In this document: one piece after another, positions 49,884-60,072 of the stretch
How the letters are laid out: every line of letters starts with the position of its first letter
Position numbering within the stretch: position 1 is the first letter of the stretch
NCBI GenBank assembly: GCA_017521005.1
Contig: JAFXEC010000052.1
Span: forward strand, 1 to 61,913
Length of the DNA: 61,913 bases
DNA from: Clostridia bacterium
GTDB taxonomy: Bacteria; Bacillota; Clostridia; TANB77; CAG-465
Reading direction: 5' to 3'
Translations under genes and position numbers: made by a program
The notes under the pieces: generated by a model
What the model saw: only the letters and a program-made list of their open reading frames with translations
What the model was told of the DNA's origin: nothing
Database searches by the model: none

Positions 49884-51686
49884 ATGATAAAAAAACTCTT
49901 GCAAAAAATAGCAACACTCGTTAGCACGATGTTTAAACCTTTTGGGTTGAAACACAAAACGGTAGAGGTACCAACAAATCTTAAAAAGAGAGGTCGGAAT
50001 TTAGCGGTTATAGAATTTAGTATAACATTTTTAGGCTTGGCGTTTTCGTTCTTGCTTAAAGCAACCAATATTATGATTGAAATGAAATTCATCATATTAG
50101 GTATTGTGTTCTTCATGTTATACTACGGCGAACAAGTCCTAAGGTCTAGTCTAGATCTTGTGATTGCTGCAGAAAGCAAAAAGTATCAATTTATGTTTGA
50201 TAACGAAATTATCTTAAGAGGAAGTAAAATTCTTTCTGAGGTAACGGATAAGGTGCATAAAAAGGATGAAAAGACTAATATGTACTCTATAATGTCAAAC
50301 GAATCGGTAATAAATGTTATAAAGCGTTATTTGTCTAATTTGTGGGAACTTAAAATAAACAACATCTTTAATATTCTGGGTATTATATCTGCGATATTAA
50401 TGCTTGTAGTTGCAGTTATCACAAACAACGCAATTAGCCAAAGTATCTTTATTCCCGTATTGATAGCATTTGCCATTACTGCATTCGCCACAACAGTATA
50501 TCTGTCTATGAGTCGCAAAACTTATCACGAAAAATTCAGAGAAAGTGTCGATGAAGAATATGAGATAAGTAACGACCTGTTAAGAGTAACGCCTATAGTA
50601 AAGAAAGATGTTCCTATGAGAATAGATCTTCTTAGCAAAACTATTAAAGCTAACAACAGTAACTTTATAACCTTTGATAAGAAAATACGAATCTCAAGAC
50701 TTATAATGTGTGCAGTGGAAACACTTGCAACATATGGAATAATTCTACTTTATGTTTTCGGTGTAAATTGGCAAAACATTACTGTTGCAACAATTGCAGA
50801 AATCACTGCTAATATCGTAATAGTAACAGCAGCATTAAGAAATATTACCAAAATCACTGATTCTTTAGATAGATTTAGTGAACGTGTTACTATTATAAAC
50901 CGTGAAGAAGTTGAAATGAAACTTATAACTGAAACTTATGATAGAGTGATAGCAAGACATAAGGAAGATAAACCTGTAACTAGAATATGTATACCAGAGT
51001 TTAAGATAAGCTATATCGAAGAGTCTGAAAACGATAAACCTTTTACCTTAAAAAGTGAAAGAGAGATAACGATTTCTACGGGAGATGTAGCAATACTTTA
51101 TGGTCCATCTGGCTCTGGCAAATCTACCTTTATGAAACTCATAACTGAAAGAATTGCGTTGAATAAGAGTGTGGATATCCCTTCAACATCTAGATTCTTA
51201 TATTATGATGAAAAACTTAAGTTTGGGTCGCTTAGCGTATATCAAGAATTGTTCTGTAACGACGAACAACCAAATCTTGCAAAAATGCAGGACATTCTTG
51301 AAAATCTTCATTTGTGGCAGGAAATTACTACAAACTGCGTCGATGTATGGCAATACCTCAAAGAGAAGAAGTATAATCATTTTTCAAACGGTCAGAAGCA
51401 AAGACTTATTATTGCAAAAATGCTTTACTGGATTGATGAAAATATAGATGTGCTTGTACTTGATGAGTGTACCTCAGGACTTGATGATGTTATAGGCGAG
51501 GTCGAAGGTGCAAACGCACAAGAGATACTCGAATATATAACAACATATAGCAATAAAGACAAAAAGCGCATAGTTGTAATTTCTACTCATCAGAACATTG
51601 ATGATTTCATTTCAAACATCGAAACGAATTTTAACATCCAAAAATTACAGTTTATTAGAAAAGGAGAATGTAATATAGTAAACTAA
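49884..51686 (+). CDS. ABC exporter half-transporter (6-TM domain fused to a nucleotide-binding domain), substrate unknown
   Basis: RBS AAGGAG. TM pairs separated by long cytoplasmic loops. Walker A GPSGSGKST, Q-loop VYQE, signature FSNGQKQR, Walker B VLVLDECTSGLD, H-loop ISTHQ. Confidence 0.8.
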   Translation: MIKKLLQKIATLVSTMFKPFGLKHKTVEVPTNLKKRGRNLAVIEFSITFLGLAFSFLLKATNIMIEMKFIILGIVFFMLYYGEQVLRSSLDLVIAAESKKYQFMFDNEIILRGSKILSEVTDKVHKKDEKTNMYSIMSNESVINVIKRYLSNLWELKINNIFNILGIISAILMLVVAVITNNAISQSIFIPVLIAFAITAFATTVYLSMSRKTYHEKFRESVDEEYEISNDLLRVTPIVKKDVPMRIDLLSKTIKANNSNFITFDKKIRISRLIMCAVETLATYGIILLYVFGVNWQNITVATIAEITANIVIVTAALRNITKITDSLDRFSERVTIINREEVEMKLITETYDRVIARHKEDKPVTRICIPEFKISYIEESENDKPFTLKSEREITISTGDVAILYGPSGSGKSTFMKLITERIALNKSVDIPSTSRFLYYDEKLKFGSLSVYQELFCNDEQPNLAKMQDILENLHLWQEITTNCVDVWQYLKEKKYNHFSNGQKQRLIIAKMLYWIDENIDVLVLDECTSGLDDVIGEVEGANAQEILEYITTYSNKDKKRIVVISTHQNIDDFISNIETNFNIQKLQFIRKGECNIVN

Positions 51687-51688
51687 GC

Positions 51689-51716
51689 AAAAAGGAGTGC
51701 AAATGCACTCCTTTTT
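51689..51716. terminator. Bidirectional terminator shared by convergent genes
   Basis: aaaaaggagtgc-aaat-gcactccttttt. Confidence 0.85.
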
Positions 51717-51717
51717 G

Positions 51718-52050
51718 TCAGTTAATACGGTGTTTTGATGTGTATTCTGTCGGAATATATCCTAAGTTGATGTATTTTTGGATAACCAGTTCGTAGTCTT
51801 CATTTGCGGTGTAACAGATAGATTTTAAAGGATAATCAGTAATTTTTATCCAACCGAGTAAAAGGACAGCTATATCGTCTAACGACGAAATACCTATTTG
51901 TTCAGCCCGCTTCATGAGTCTTGCCTTAGAAGTCTCGTCGAGTTTTTCCAAATAATTTTGGACAACTAAGATATGTTCCCTACAACCAGAGAATGACCGG
52001 CAGCTAAAGCCGTCTACCAAGTTTGGTAGTATCCATCCGCTAAGAATCAT
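51718..52050 (-). CDS. 110-aa hypothetical cytoplasmic protein, no recognisable family
   Basis: ORF 51718..52065; ATG at 52050 lies 6 nt after GGAGGTG. No TM helix or signal peptide. Contains CRSFSGCREH. Confidence 0.5.
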   Translation of the reverse strand: MILSGWILPNLVDGFSCRSFSGCREHILVVQNYLEKLDETSKARLMKRAEQIGISSLDDIAVLLLGWIKITDYPLKSICYTANEDYELVIQKYINLGYIPTEYTSKHRIN

Positions 52051-52221
52051 AAGGTACACCTCCAAAGTTTTGTTAGTATTAATATAGTTATACTAATATT
52101 AATATTAATATTTATCGACTGTATAAATTATACCATAGATTACATAAAAAGTGAAGTTTTTTTCTATATTTACAAGCGTTAATACTTATGATATTATTTT
52201 TTTACATTTAAAGAGGTAAAT

Positions 52222-53637
52222 ATGAAGAAAACAAATAGAAGATATTTTGTGTTAATATTAATAGCTATAATTATAAGTTTGGGTGTATTTTGTTATTATT
52301 ACTATACTAGTAAAGTGTATATAGATATAAACGGCGAGAAAATAGAATTAAACATTTTAGAAAATAAAGCAATAGATCTAGATACTTTTAATTCTAATGA
52401 TGATGTTATAATTACAAAATTAAACGGTGTTGGAAATGTAATTATAGATGGAAATATATTAAAAAACGGAGATAGTATAAATATAGGTAAAATAAAGATA
52501 GGAAGAGACAATAAAATTAGGTTAGTTGTTAAAAAAATGTTTAACAAATATAATTTTGAGATAAACACATTATCATCAACTTTCCCTAAATATTCTTCTT
52601 ACGGAGAAAGTAATTATGAAGGAGATTATTATTTAACAACTTTTTCGATGAACTATACAGGAAATCATTATATATTTAAGTTAAATAAGAAGGGTGAGAT
52701 TACTTATTATAAAAAAACTGATATGGTTTCTTTTGATTTTACAGCACATAAAAATAAAAAAGGTGAAATACGCTACATGTATCTAGAAGGAAAGAAACCA
52801 AATTTTGAAGGCGCTACAAGTATAGTTGGTTGTGAATTAGTAGTACTAGATGAAAAATATAAGGAAATAGATAGAATTAAATATTTGAATAAAGATGGAA
52901 CGTATTCACTATTAGATAATCATACATATATGTATATAGACGATGGACATTATATATTAACATCATATGTTTTAAGAAAAATAGAAGATAAAAATGTTGA
53001 CGTTTTAGATTGTTTAATACATGAAATAAAGGATGAAAAAGTTATATGGGAGTTTAATAGTGGAGATTATCCATACCTTTATGATTGTACTACAGTTGAA
53101 GGAAAAGATTATATACACATAAATTCTATTGATATAGATAAAGATGATGAAAATGTTATTTGTTCATTTAGAAACATCGATGCACTTATTAAGTTGAGCA
53201 GAAAAGACGGAAGAATAATATGGATGTTGGGTGGAAAGAATGATGAATTTAATTTATCAAATAAGAACAAATTTTCAAAACAGCATTCATGGATTTCCGC
53301 AGGAAACAATACATATTTTGTTTATGATAATGGAAATGAAAACAGAAGAACAAGAATTGTTAAATTTGTATTAGATGAAAAGAATAAAAAGGTTATAGAA
53401 TACAAGGAATATGATACAAATATTTATGCAGCAATGATGGGTTCTGTAAGAGTAATAGATTTAGTAAATCAAATTAATTTGATTTGCTACGGGGGGAAGA
53501 TAACTAAAACAAATACTAATTTTAGAAATATATATTTGCTAGAAGAAATAAATTTTGCAACTAACAAATTGGAATTTGGATTTACATTTTTGGATGGCCA
53601 TCAAATATATAATGCTAATAAAATAGATATTAACTAG
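52222..53637 (+). CDS. Membrane-anchored arylsulfotransferase (ASST)-family-like beta-propeller protein
   Basis: N-terminal TM anchor. HINSIDID, SFRNIDALIKLSRKDGRIIWMLGG and QHSW resemble ASST-family motifs. Confidence 0.5.
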   Translation: MKKTNRRYFVLILIAIIISLGVFCYYYYTSKVYIDINGEKIELNILENKAIDLDTFNSNDDVIITKLNGVGNVIIDGNILKNGDSINIGKIKIGRDNKIRLVVKKMFNKYNFEINTLSSTFPKYSSYGESNYEGDYYLTTFSMNYTGNHYIFKLNKKGEITYYKKTDMVSFDFTAHKNKKGEIRYMYLEGKKPNFEGATSIVGCELVVLDEKYKEIDRIKYLNKDGTYSLLDNHTYMYIDDGHYILTSYVLRKIEDKNVDVLDCLIHEIKDEKVIWEFNSGDYPYLYDCTTVEGKDYIHINSIDIDKDDENVICSFRNIDALIKLSRKDGRIIWMLGGKNDEFNLSNKNKFSKQHSWISAGNNTYFVYDNGNENRRTRIVKFVLDEKNKKVIEYKEYDTNIYAAMMGSVRVIDLVNQINLICYGGKITKTNTNFRNIYLLEEINFATNKLEFGFTFLDGHQIYNANKIDIN

Positions 53638-53696
53638 AATTTGTTTTATTTACATTTTAGCTATTCTATGGTAAAATGTTTTAACGGAGGAATAAG

Positions 53697-55502
53697 ATGT
53701 ACGACGTAAATAACATAAGAAACTTTAGTATAATTGCACATATTGATCACGGCAAATCTACAGTTGCAGATAAATTGCTTGAACTCACTGGAACAATAGA
53801 AAAAAGAGATTTAACAGCTCAAGTATTAGATAATATGGATATTGAACGCGAAAGAGGTATTACAATTAAATCTCAAGCTGTAAGAATGAAATATACTAAA
53901 AACGGACAAGAATATATATTAAATTTAATAGATACTCCAGGACATGTAGACTTTAACTATGAAGTATCGCGTTCTTTAGCAGCGTGTGAGGGCGCTATAC
54001 TTGTAGTAGATGCTTGTCAAGGTGTTGAAGCTCAAACATTAGCGAATGTATATTTAGCATTAGAAAATAATCTAGAAATTATACCAATAATAAATAAAAT
54101 TGACTTACCTCAAGCTAGACCAGATGAGGTAAAGAATGAAATAGAAAATATAATAGGGATTGAGGCTATGGAAGCTCCATGTGTATCTGCTAAGACGGGA
54201 ATTAATATGGAACAAGTATTAGATGAAATAGTGGAAAAAGTTCCAGCGCCTAAAGGAGATATAAACGCTCCTACTAAAGCATTAATATTTGATTCTAAAT
54301 ATGATAACTACAAAGGTGTTGTTGTTCATGTAAGAATGGTAGATGGTACTTTAAGACCAGGAGACAAAATAGTTGCAATGGCAAGTAAACGTGAATATGA
54401 AATAGTTGAAGTGGGATACTTTAAACCAGGCGATTATGAACCAGCAAATATACTTAATGCAGGTGAAGTTGGATACATTACAGCAAGTATTAAAGATATT
54501 TCAGATATTCGTGTTGGTGATACATTAACTATTAAATCTAATCCGGCATCAGAAGCGCTTCCGGGATACAAAGAAGTAAAATCTATGGTATACGCAGGTA
54601 TATTCCCTGCTGATGGAAGCGATTACGAAGAACTTAAAGAGGCATTACTAAAACTTAAATTAAATGATGCATCGTTAAACTTCGAACTTGAATCTTCAGC
54701 AGCGTTAGGACATGGATTTAGATGCGGCTTCTTAGGACTTCTTCATATGGAAATAATTGAAGAAAGAATAGAAAGAGAATATGGAATAAGTATAATTACA
54801 ACTGCGCCATCGGTTATATATAAAATACACAAAACTAATGGCGAAGAACTAGAATTATATAATCCAGCAGATTTACCTTCTGCACAAGAAATAGATTATA
54901 TGGAAGAGCCAGTAGCTAAAGCAGAAATTATAGTGCCTAAAGAATATGTAGGTAATGTAATGGAACTTTGTACTGAGAGAAGAAGTGATTATATTAATAT
55001 GAAATATATAGATGATAACAGAGTGTGCTTAGAATACAACATGCCACTAAACGAAATTATCTATGATTTCTTTAATAGCTTAAAATCTAGAACAAGAGGA
55101 TATGCTTCTTTTGATTATGAAATATCTCATTACCAAAGAGCACATCTAGTAAAATTAGATATATTATTAAATGGAGATGTAGTAGATGCATTATCTTTCA
55201 TAGTACATAGAGCTAAAGCAGAAACCAGAGGTAGAAAGATTGCAGAAAAACTTAAAGAGGTTATTCCAAGGCAATTATTCGAAATACCAATACAAGCAGC
55301 TATAGGTGGAAAAGTAGTAGCTCGTGAAACAGTAAGAGCTATGAGAAAAGACGTATTAGCTAAATGTTATGGTGGAGATATATCTAGAAAGAAAAAACTT
55401 CTTGAAAAACAAAAAGAGGGAAAGAAAAGAATGCGTCAAGTTGGTAGCGTAGAACTTCCATCAGAAGCGTTTATGACAGTGCTAAAAGTCGATGATAATT
55501 AA
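53697..55502 (+). CDS. lepA: Elongation factor 4
   Basis: [21 protein letters not shown] GTPase motifs and the LepA-specific C-terminal domain; 601 aa. Confidence 0.97.
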   Translation: MYDVNNIRNFSIIAHIDHGKSTVADKLLELTGTIEKRDLTAQVLDNMDIERERGITIKSQAVRMKYTKNGQEYILNLIDTPGHVDFNYEVSRSLAACEGAILVVDACQGVEAQTLANVYLALENNLEIIPIINKIDLPQARPDEVKNEIENIIGIEAMEAPCVSAKTGINMEQVLDEIVEKVPAPKGDINAPTKALIFDSKYDNYKGVVVHVRMVDGTLRPGDKIVAMASKREYEIVEVGYFKPGDYEPANILNAGEVGYITASIKDISDIRVGDTLTIKSNPASEALPGYKEVKSMVYAGIFPADGSDYEELKEALLKLKLNDASLNFELESSAALGHGFRCGFLGLLHMEIIEERIEREYGISIITTAPSVIYKIHKTNGEELELYNPADLPSAQEIDYMEEPVAKAEIIVPKEYVGNVMELCTERRSDYINMKYIDDNRVCLEYNMPLNEIIYDFFNSLKSRTRGYASFDYEISHYQRAHLVKLDILLNGDVVDALSFIVHRAKAETRGRKIAEKLKEVIPRQLFEIPIQAAIGGKVVARETVRAMRKDVLAKCYGGDISRKKKLLEKQKEGKKRMRQVGSVELPSEAFMTVLKVDDN

Positions 55503-55545
55503 GAATGAAATTTGAAAAATAAATGGCAAAAAATAACACGTAAAA

Positions 55546-55582
55546 AGCGAGTTTGATTTATCAAATTCGCTTGTCTTTTTTT
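55546..55582 (+). terminator. Rho-independent terminator after lepA
   Basis: agcgagtttgat / atcaaattcgct stem followed by tgtcttttttt. Confidence 0.8.
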
Positions 55583-55626
55583 ATCGTTAATGATAAGATT
55601 TAAGTACATTATATAAGGGGGAACAT

Positions 55627-58600
55627 ATGAAGAAACATGCAAAGATATTCCTTGCCGTTTTGATGGTGTTTGTAGTTTCAATAACTACATTACGTTATAA
55701 CGGTAAAGAGATAGAAACATCTAGTTTAATAAACATAAATGAGTGCTCAAACGAATTTATGGAAAAGTATTTTACTGAAATGAGTAAAATAAGTGAAGAA
55801 GATAAACCAAATATTCTTATCGTTACTAGTAAAACTAAAATAGTAAGTACATATGGTGCAAAAAATGTAATAGCAGCACCAAATAATCAATATATGCTAG
55901 TATACGATTCTAAAGAGGCTAAAGATGAAGCTAAAGAAAAACTAACTAAAGTTAGAGGATTAGTCTCTGTAGAAGAGAATATTGAGTATAAAATATCTGC
56001 ATATAACTCTTGGGGAGTAACATCTACAGGAATGGACCAAGCGTCAGCTAGACTAGAAGCACGTGCTGGTAAGGATGATATAGTTGTAGCAATAATAGAT
56101 ACAGGACTTGATGTTGCTTTATTTAAAAGCAAATATCCTACAAAATTAGCAGGAACATATAATTCATTAACAAACAGTACAGCAGAATCTGCGATGTCAG
56201 ATGAAAATAGTCACGGGACACATATAGCAGGAACAATAGCTGAAAGTACACCATCTAATGTTAAGATACTTCCAGCAAAGGCATCTTCAGGTTCATCTTT
56301 GTTATCAACAGATATAATAAGAGCAATAAATTATATCGTAAATAATAAAGCTGCAGATGTAATTAATATGAGCTATGGTTCGTATACAACACACACAGCA
56401 ACACATGTAGCAATAAAAGCGGCAACAGAAGCAGGAATAATATGTGTAGCGGCTGCAGGTAATGAAGAATTAGCACAAAAAGCATATCCAGCAGGTTATC
56501 CAGAAACAATAGCAGTATCTGCAATAGATTCGATGAATTCAATAGCTAGTTTCTCTAACGTTGGAACAAATATAGATTTTGCAGCACCAGGTGTAAACAT
56601 TAATAGTATAAATGGATATAAGAGTGGTACTTCAATGGCGGCACCACACGTTGCTGCTGCGGTAGCGATTGTTAAAAGCTATAATGAAGACTTTACTAAA
56701 GAACAAGTTGTGGATATATTAAAAGCCAACGCAGTAGATTTAGGAACACCAGGTTGGGATTATGTCTTTGGATATGGAGCAATAAACTTTATTGGATTTA
56801 ATTATTGTACATGTAATTGTGCAACATGTGATAGTGTAGCATGTACTGGATGTTCTTGCGTAACATGCGTGCACAAAGATATAACTGAAAACATAACAAG
56901 TATATCTGTTTCTAAAATAGTACAAGAAACATATAACTATGGAAGTATTTCAAACTTAGCAAACATGGAACTAAAACTATATTATAGTTCTGGTAACTTA
57001 ACTAAAAAGTTAGGAGATTTAGAGAATGTAACAGTAACAGGATACGATCCATACAAATATACAAGTCAGGTAATAACTATAACTTTTGCAGGAAAGTCTA
57101 CACAAGTAACATTGCCAGCAAGAACAGAACCACAATCTTTTTGGTCATATGAAGTAGTAAGTGGAACTAATATTAAACTTTCTGGAATGAAAACTACACC
57201 AGTTAAATGGTTACATTTACCTGAAAAAATAGGTAGCTATACAGTAACAGCAATTAAGAGTGGTTTGTTTAAGGAAAAAGACCTAACAATAGTAACTATG
57301 CCAAGCACAATAACAAGTATAGAATCCGAAGCTTTTGCAGGCTCTACAGTAAGAGAAATAAAAGCGGGAGCTAGTACGTTAACACTTGGAAGTAAAGCTT
57401 TTTCTAAAGCAACTAATTTAGAAAAAATTAATTCATTTGTTAAATTAACAGGCGAAGATGTGTTTGAAGAATGTTATTCGCTAACATATGTAAAATTATC
57501 AACTGAAAACATATCAATACCAGGTGGAACATTTTATTTATGTACTAATTTAGAGAGTATAACAATACCAACAGCTGTAACAACCATTGGAGATTATGCT
57601 TTCACAAACACAAGAATAAATAATTTAACAATACCAAACAATGTAACAAGTATAGGTAAAGCAGCATTTGCAAATTCATTTAATTTAGAAACATTAAATT
57701 TATCTACAATATTAAAAACAATAGGTGAAAGTGGATTTGCATCAGCAGCAAACTTAAAATCATTAAGCATACCAGCAACTGTAACAAGTATAGGTACGGA
57801 TGCATTTAGAACTTGTACAGGATTAAATACAATTACTGTAGCAAGTGAAAATACATATTATGATAGTAGAGAAAATTGTAATGCATTAATAGACAGTACA
57901 ACTGATACATTAATTATAGGAACAAATAATACAACTTCTGTGCCGGGTACAGTAAAAACAATAGGTGATATGGCATTTGCGTTTAATCATTTATTATATG
58001 AAATAAGAATTGGTGAAGGGGTTAAAACAATAAAATCAAATGCTTTCTATAACACATATTATTTACAAGTAGCAATATTACCAGAAACTTTAACTACAAT
58101 TGAAACAGGAGCATTTAATTATACTCCATATTTAACACTTTGGGTACATAGTGATTCATATGGAAAAACATATGCAACATCTAATAGTAGAGCATATAGA
58201 TGTTATAATCCAAGCAATTTATCTGTAACAGGAATAAAAACAACATATACTGCTTTTGAAAAGGTATCAACAACAGGTGTATATTTAACAGCAAAATATT
58301 CAGATTATGATGGTACAAGAACAGAAACTATATCAAGCGGTATAACAATAGGATATACTGGCGGCAATACAAGTTTAAGAGCAACTGATACATATATAAC
58401 AATAAGCGCATATAATAGTGTTGGTTATCATATAATAGGAAGAGTAAATATAACAGTTAATAAAGCAACACCATCTTATGTAGTTCCAACAGGACTTTCT
58501 GGAGTGGAAGGACAAAAGCTATCTGAAATAGTATTACCTACTGGATTTAGTTGGCAAACACCAAACACGATATTATCTGGCGTAGGTAACAAGACATACA

Positions 58601-60069
58601 AAGTTAATTACACACCAACAGATACTGTAAACTACAATACAGTAACAGGTATAGACGTAACTATTACAGTAGTTGCAGGAAAGACTATAATAACACCAAC
58701 AATAACAATAACAGATAAAACTTATGATGGTAAATTAAGTATAGATGTAGCGACTATTAAAGTTGCAGAACTTAAATCAACTGAATATGTAGTAACGTTA
58801 GCAACTCTGTCTTCAGCAAATGTTGGTACAGTTAACGCAACAATTAAAATCAAATTAACAAACGATAAATTCAAAACAACCGCATTTACTGGAAATGCAC
58901 AAGAATATCAAACTACAGTTAGTATGAAAATAGTTCATGCAAAAGTTGCATATCCTACACGTGTAAATAAAGAATATGTATATAACGGCAAAGAGCAAAC
59001 TTTTGAAGTAACAGGTTTAGATACTAGTATAATGAGTATAACAGGAAACAAGAGAACAAATGCTGGTAGCCAATCGGTTATAATAAAGCTTACAAATTCT
59101 AACTATACATGGACAGATGGAACAAAGAATAATTTGTCCTTTACATTTGAAATAAAGAAAGCAAGTATTGTATATACAGCAGAAGATGGACACTATGTTG
59201 TAGATGGACAAGGCTATGGAATTACATTAAATGTAACAAGCCCTACAACGGCTACAATAAAGTATGCTGATGCATCTGGAAATTATACATTAAGTACAAT
59301 GCCAAAATATACAGCAGCTGGAACATATACAATTAAATTTAAGATATCTGCAGGTGATAATTATAATGAAGTAACAGATGAACGTAAGTTATACATTTAT
59401 GCAGAAGGAATAATAAACAAAACAAAAGATAAAGAAGTAATATATGATGGTTTAGAGCATACATTAACAATGGATATAAACATTGGAGATGTAACAATTA
59501 AATATTCTGTGGGCAATACAAAATATGATTTAGATAAATTACCAATGTTTAAGAATGTTGGAGAATATGTAGTAAATTACAAGATAGAGAAAACTGGGTT
59601 ACAAACAATTTATGGAAGTAATAAGGTTAAAATTTATGGAGTAAAAACAACAGGTTCTTCGTTAAGAATAGATGGCAATTATCTCAAAATTAAAGATTTC
59701 AAAACAAACTATGCAGATATTATAAGTAAACTAAATATTTATGCACCAAGCCATACAATTCTTGCACACGATAAAAATGGCGTAGATAAGAATACTAGTA
59801 CAATGTTTACTGGCGATTATATATCTATCTATATACACAGTGCGCTAAATTCTAAGGAGTTCAAATATACAGTGGTGATATTAGGGGATGCAAATCTAGA
59901 TGGTAAAATATCTGCTCTAGATTATGTAAGAATAAAGAATCACATAATGAAAGACCCTGAGATAAAAGATTCGTTATCTTTATTATCGGCAGATGCTAAT
60001 GATGACGGAAAAGTATCAGCGCTAGACTATGTAAGAATAAAGAATCATATAATGGACGGAGGAAAATAA
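55627..60069 (+). CDS. Giant secreted multidomain protein: subtilisin S8 peptidase, Cys cluster, BspA-type LRRs, Ig/MBG-like repeats, type I dockerin
   Basis: Signal/TM start. Catalytic motifs IIDTGLD, HGTHIAG, GTSMAAPHVAAA. CTCNCATCDSVACTGCSCVTC at 56806..56872. LRR units such as VTTIGDYAF. KTYDG and YNGKEQ modules. Duplicated DANxDGK(I/V)SALDYVRIKNHIM from about 59884. Confidence 0.85.
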   Translation: MKKHAKIFLAVLMVFVVSITTLRYNGKEIETSSLININECSNEFMEKYFTEMSKISEEDKPNILIVTSKTKIVSTYGAKNVIAAPNNQYMLVYDSKEAKDEAKEKLTKVRGLVSVEENIEYKISAYNSWGVTSTGMDQASARLEARAGKDDIVVAIIDTGLDVALFKSKYPTKLAGTYNSLTNSTAESAMSDENSHGTHIAGTIAESTPSNVKILPAKASSGSSLLSTDIIRAINYIVNNKAADVINMSYGSYTTHTATHVAIKAATEAGIICVAAAGNEELAQKAYPAGYPETIAVSAIDSMNSIASFSNVGTNIDFAAPGVNINSINGYKSGTSMAAPHVAAAVAIVKSYNEDFTKEQVVDILKANAVDLGTPGWDYVFGYGAINFIGFNYCTCNCATCDSVACTGCSCVTCVHKDITENITSISVSKIVQETYNYGSISNLANMELKLYYSSGNLTKKLGDLENVTVTGYDPYKYTSQVITITFAGKSTQVTLPARTEPQSFWSYEVVSGTNIKLSGMKTTPVKWLHLPEKIGSYTVTAIKSGLFKEKDLTIVTMPSTITSIESEAFAGSTVREIKAGASTLTLGSKAFSKATNLEKINSFVKLTGEDVFEECYSLTYVKLSTENISIPGGTFYLCTNLESITIPTAVTTIGDYAFTNTRINNLTIPNNVTSIGKAAFANSFNLETLNLSTILKTIGESGFASAANLKSLSIPATVTSIGTDAFRTCTGLNTITVASENTYYDSRENCNALIDSTTDTLIIGTNNTTSVPGTVKTIGDMAFAFNHLLYEIRIGEGVKTIKSNAFYNTYYLQVAILPETLTTIETGAFNYTPYLTLWVHSDSYGKTYATSNSRAYRCYNPSNLSVTGIKTTYTAFEKVSTTGVYLTAKYSDYDGTRTETISSGITIGYTGGNTSLRATDTYITISAYNSVGYHIIGRVNITVNKATPSYVVPTGLSGVEGQKLSEIVLPTGFSWQTPNTILSGVGNKTYKVNYTPTDTVNYNTVTGIDVTITVVAGKTIITPTITITDKTYDGKLSIDVATIKVAELKSTEYVVTLATLSSANVGTVNATIKIKLTNDKFKTTAFTGNAQEYQTTVSMKIVHAKVAYPTRVNKEYVYNGKEQTFEVTGLDTSIMSITGNKRTNAGSQSVIIKLTNSNYTWTDGTKNNLSFTFEIKKASIVYTAEDGHYVVDGQGYGITLNVTSPTTATIKYADASGNYTLSTMPKYTAAGTYTIKFKISAGDNYNEVTDERKLYIYAEGIINKTKDKEVIYDGLEHTLTMDINIGDVTIKYSVGNTKYDLDKLPMFKNVGEYVVNYKIEKTGLQTIYGSNKVKIYGVKTTGSSLRIDGNYLKIKDFKTNYADIISKLNIYAPSHTILAHDKNGVDKNTSTMFTGDYISIYIHSALNSKEFKYTVVILGDANLDGKISALDYVRIKNHIMKDPEIKDSLSLLSADANDDGKVSALDYVRIKNHIMDGGK

Positions 60070-60072
60070 TAA

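Noticed and set aside
51169-51447. 92-aa plus-strand ORF in an alternative frame inside the ABC exporter gene.
   Set aside because: It overlaps the conserved nucleotide-binding domain region, has no RBS and has no recognisable motifs. Most likely a chance open frame.
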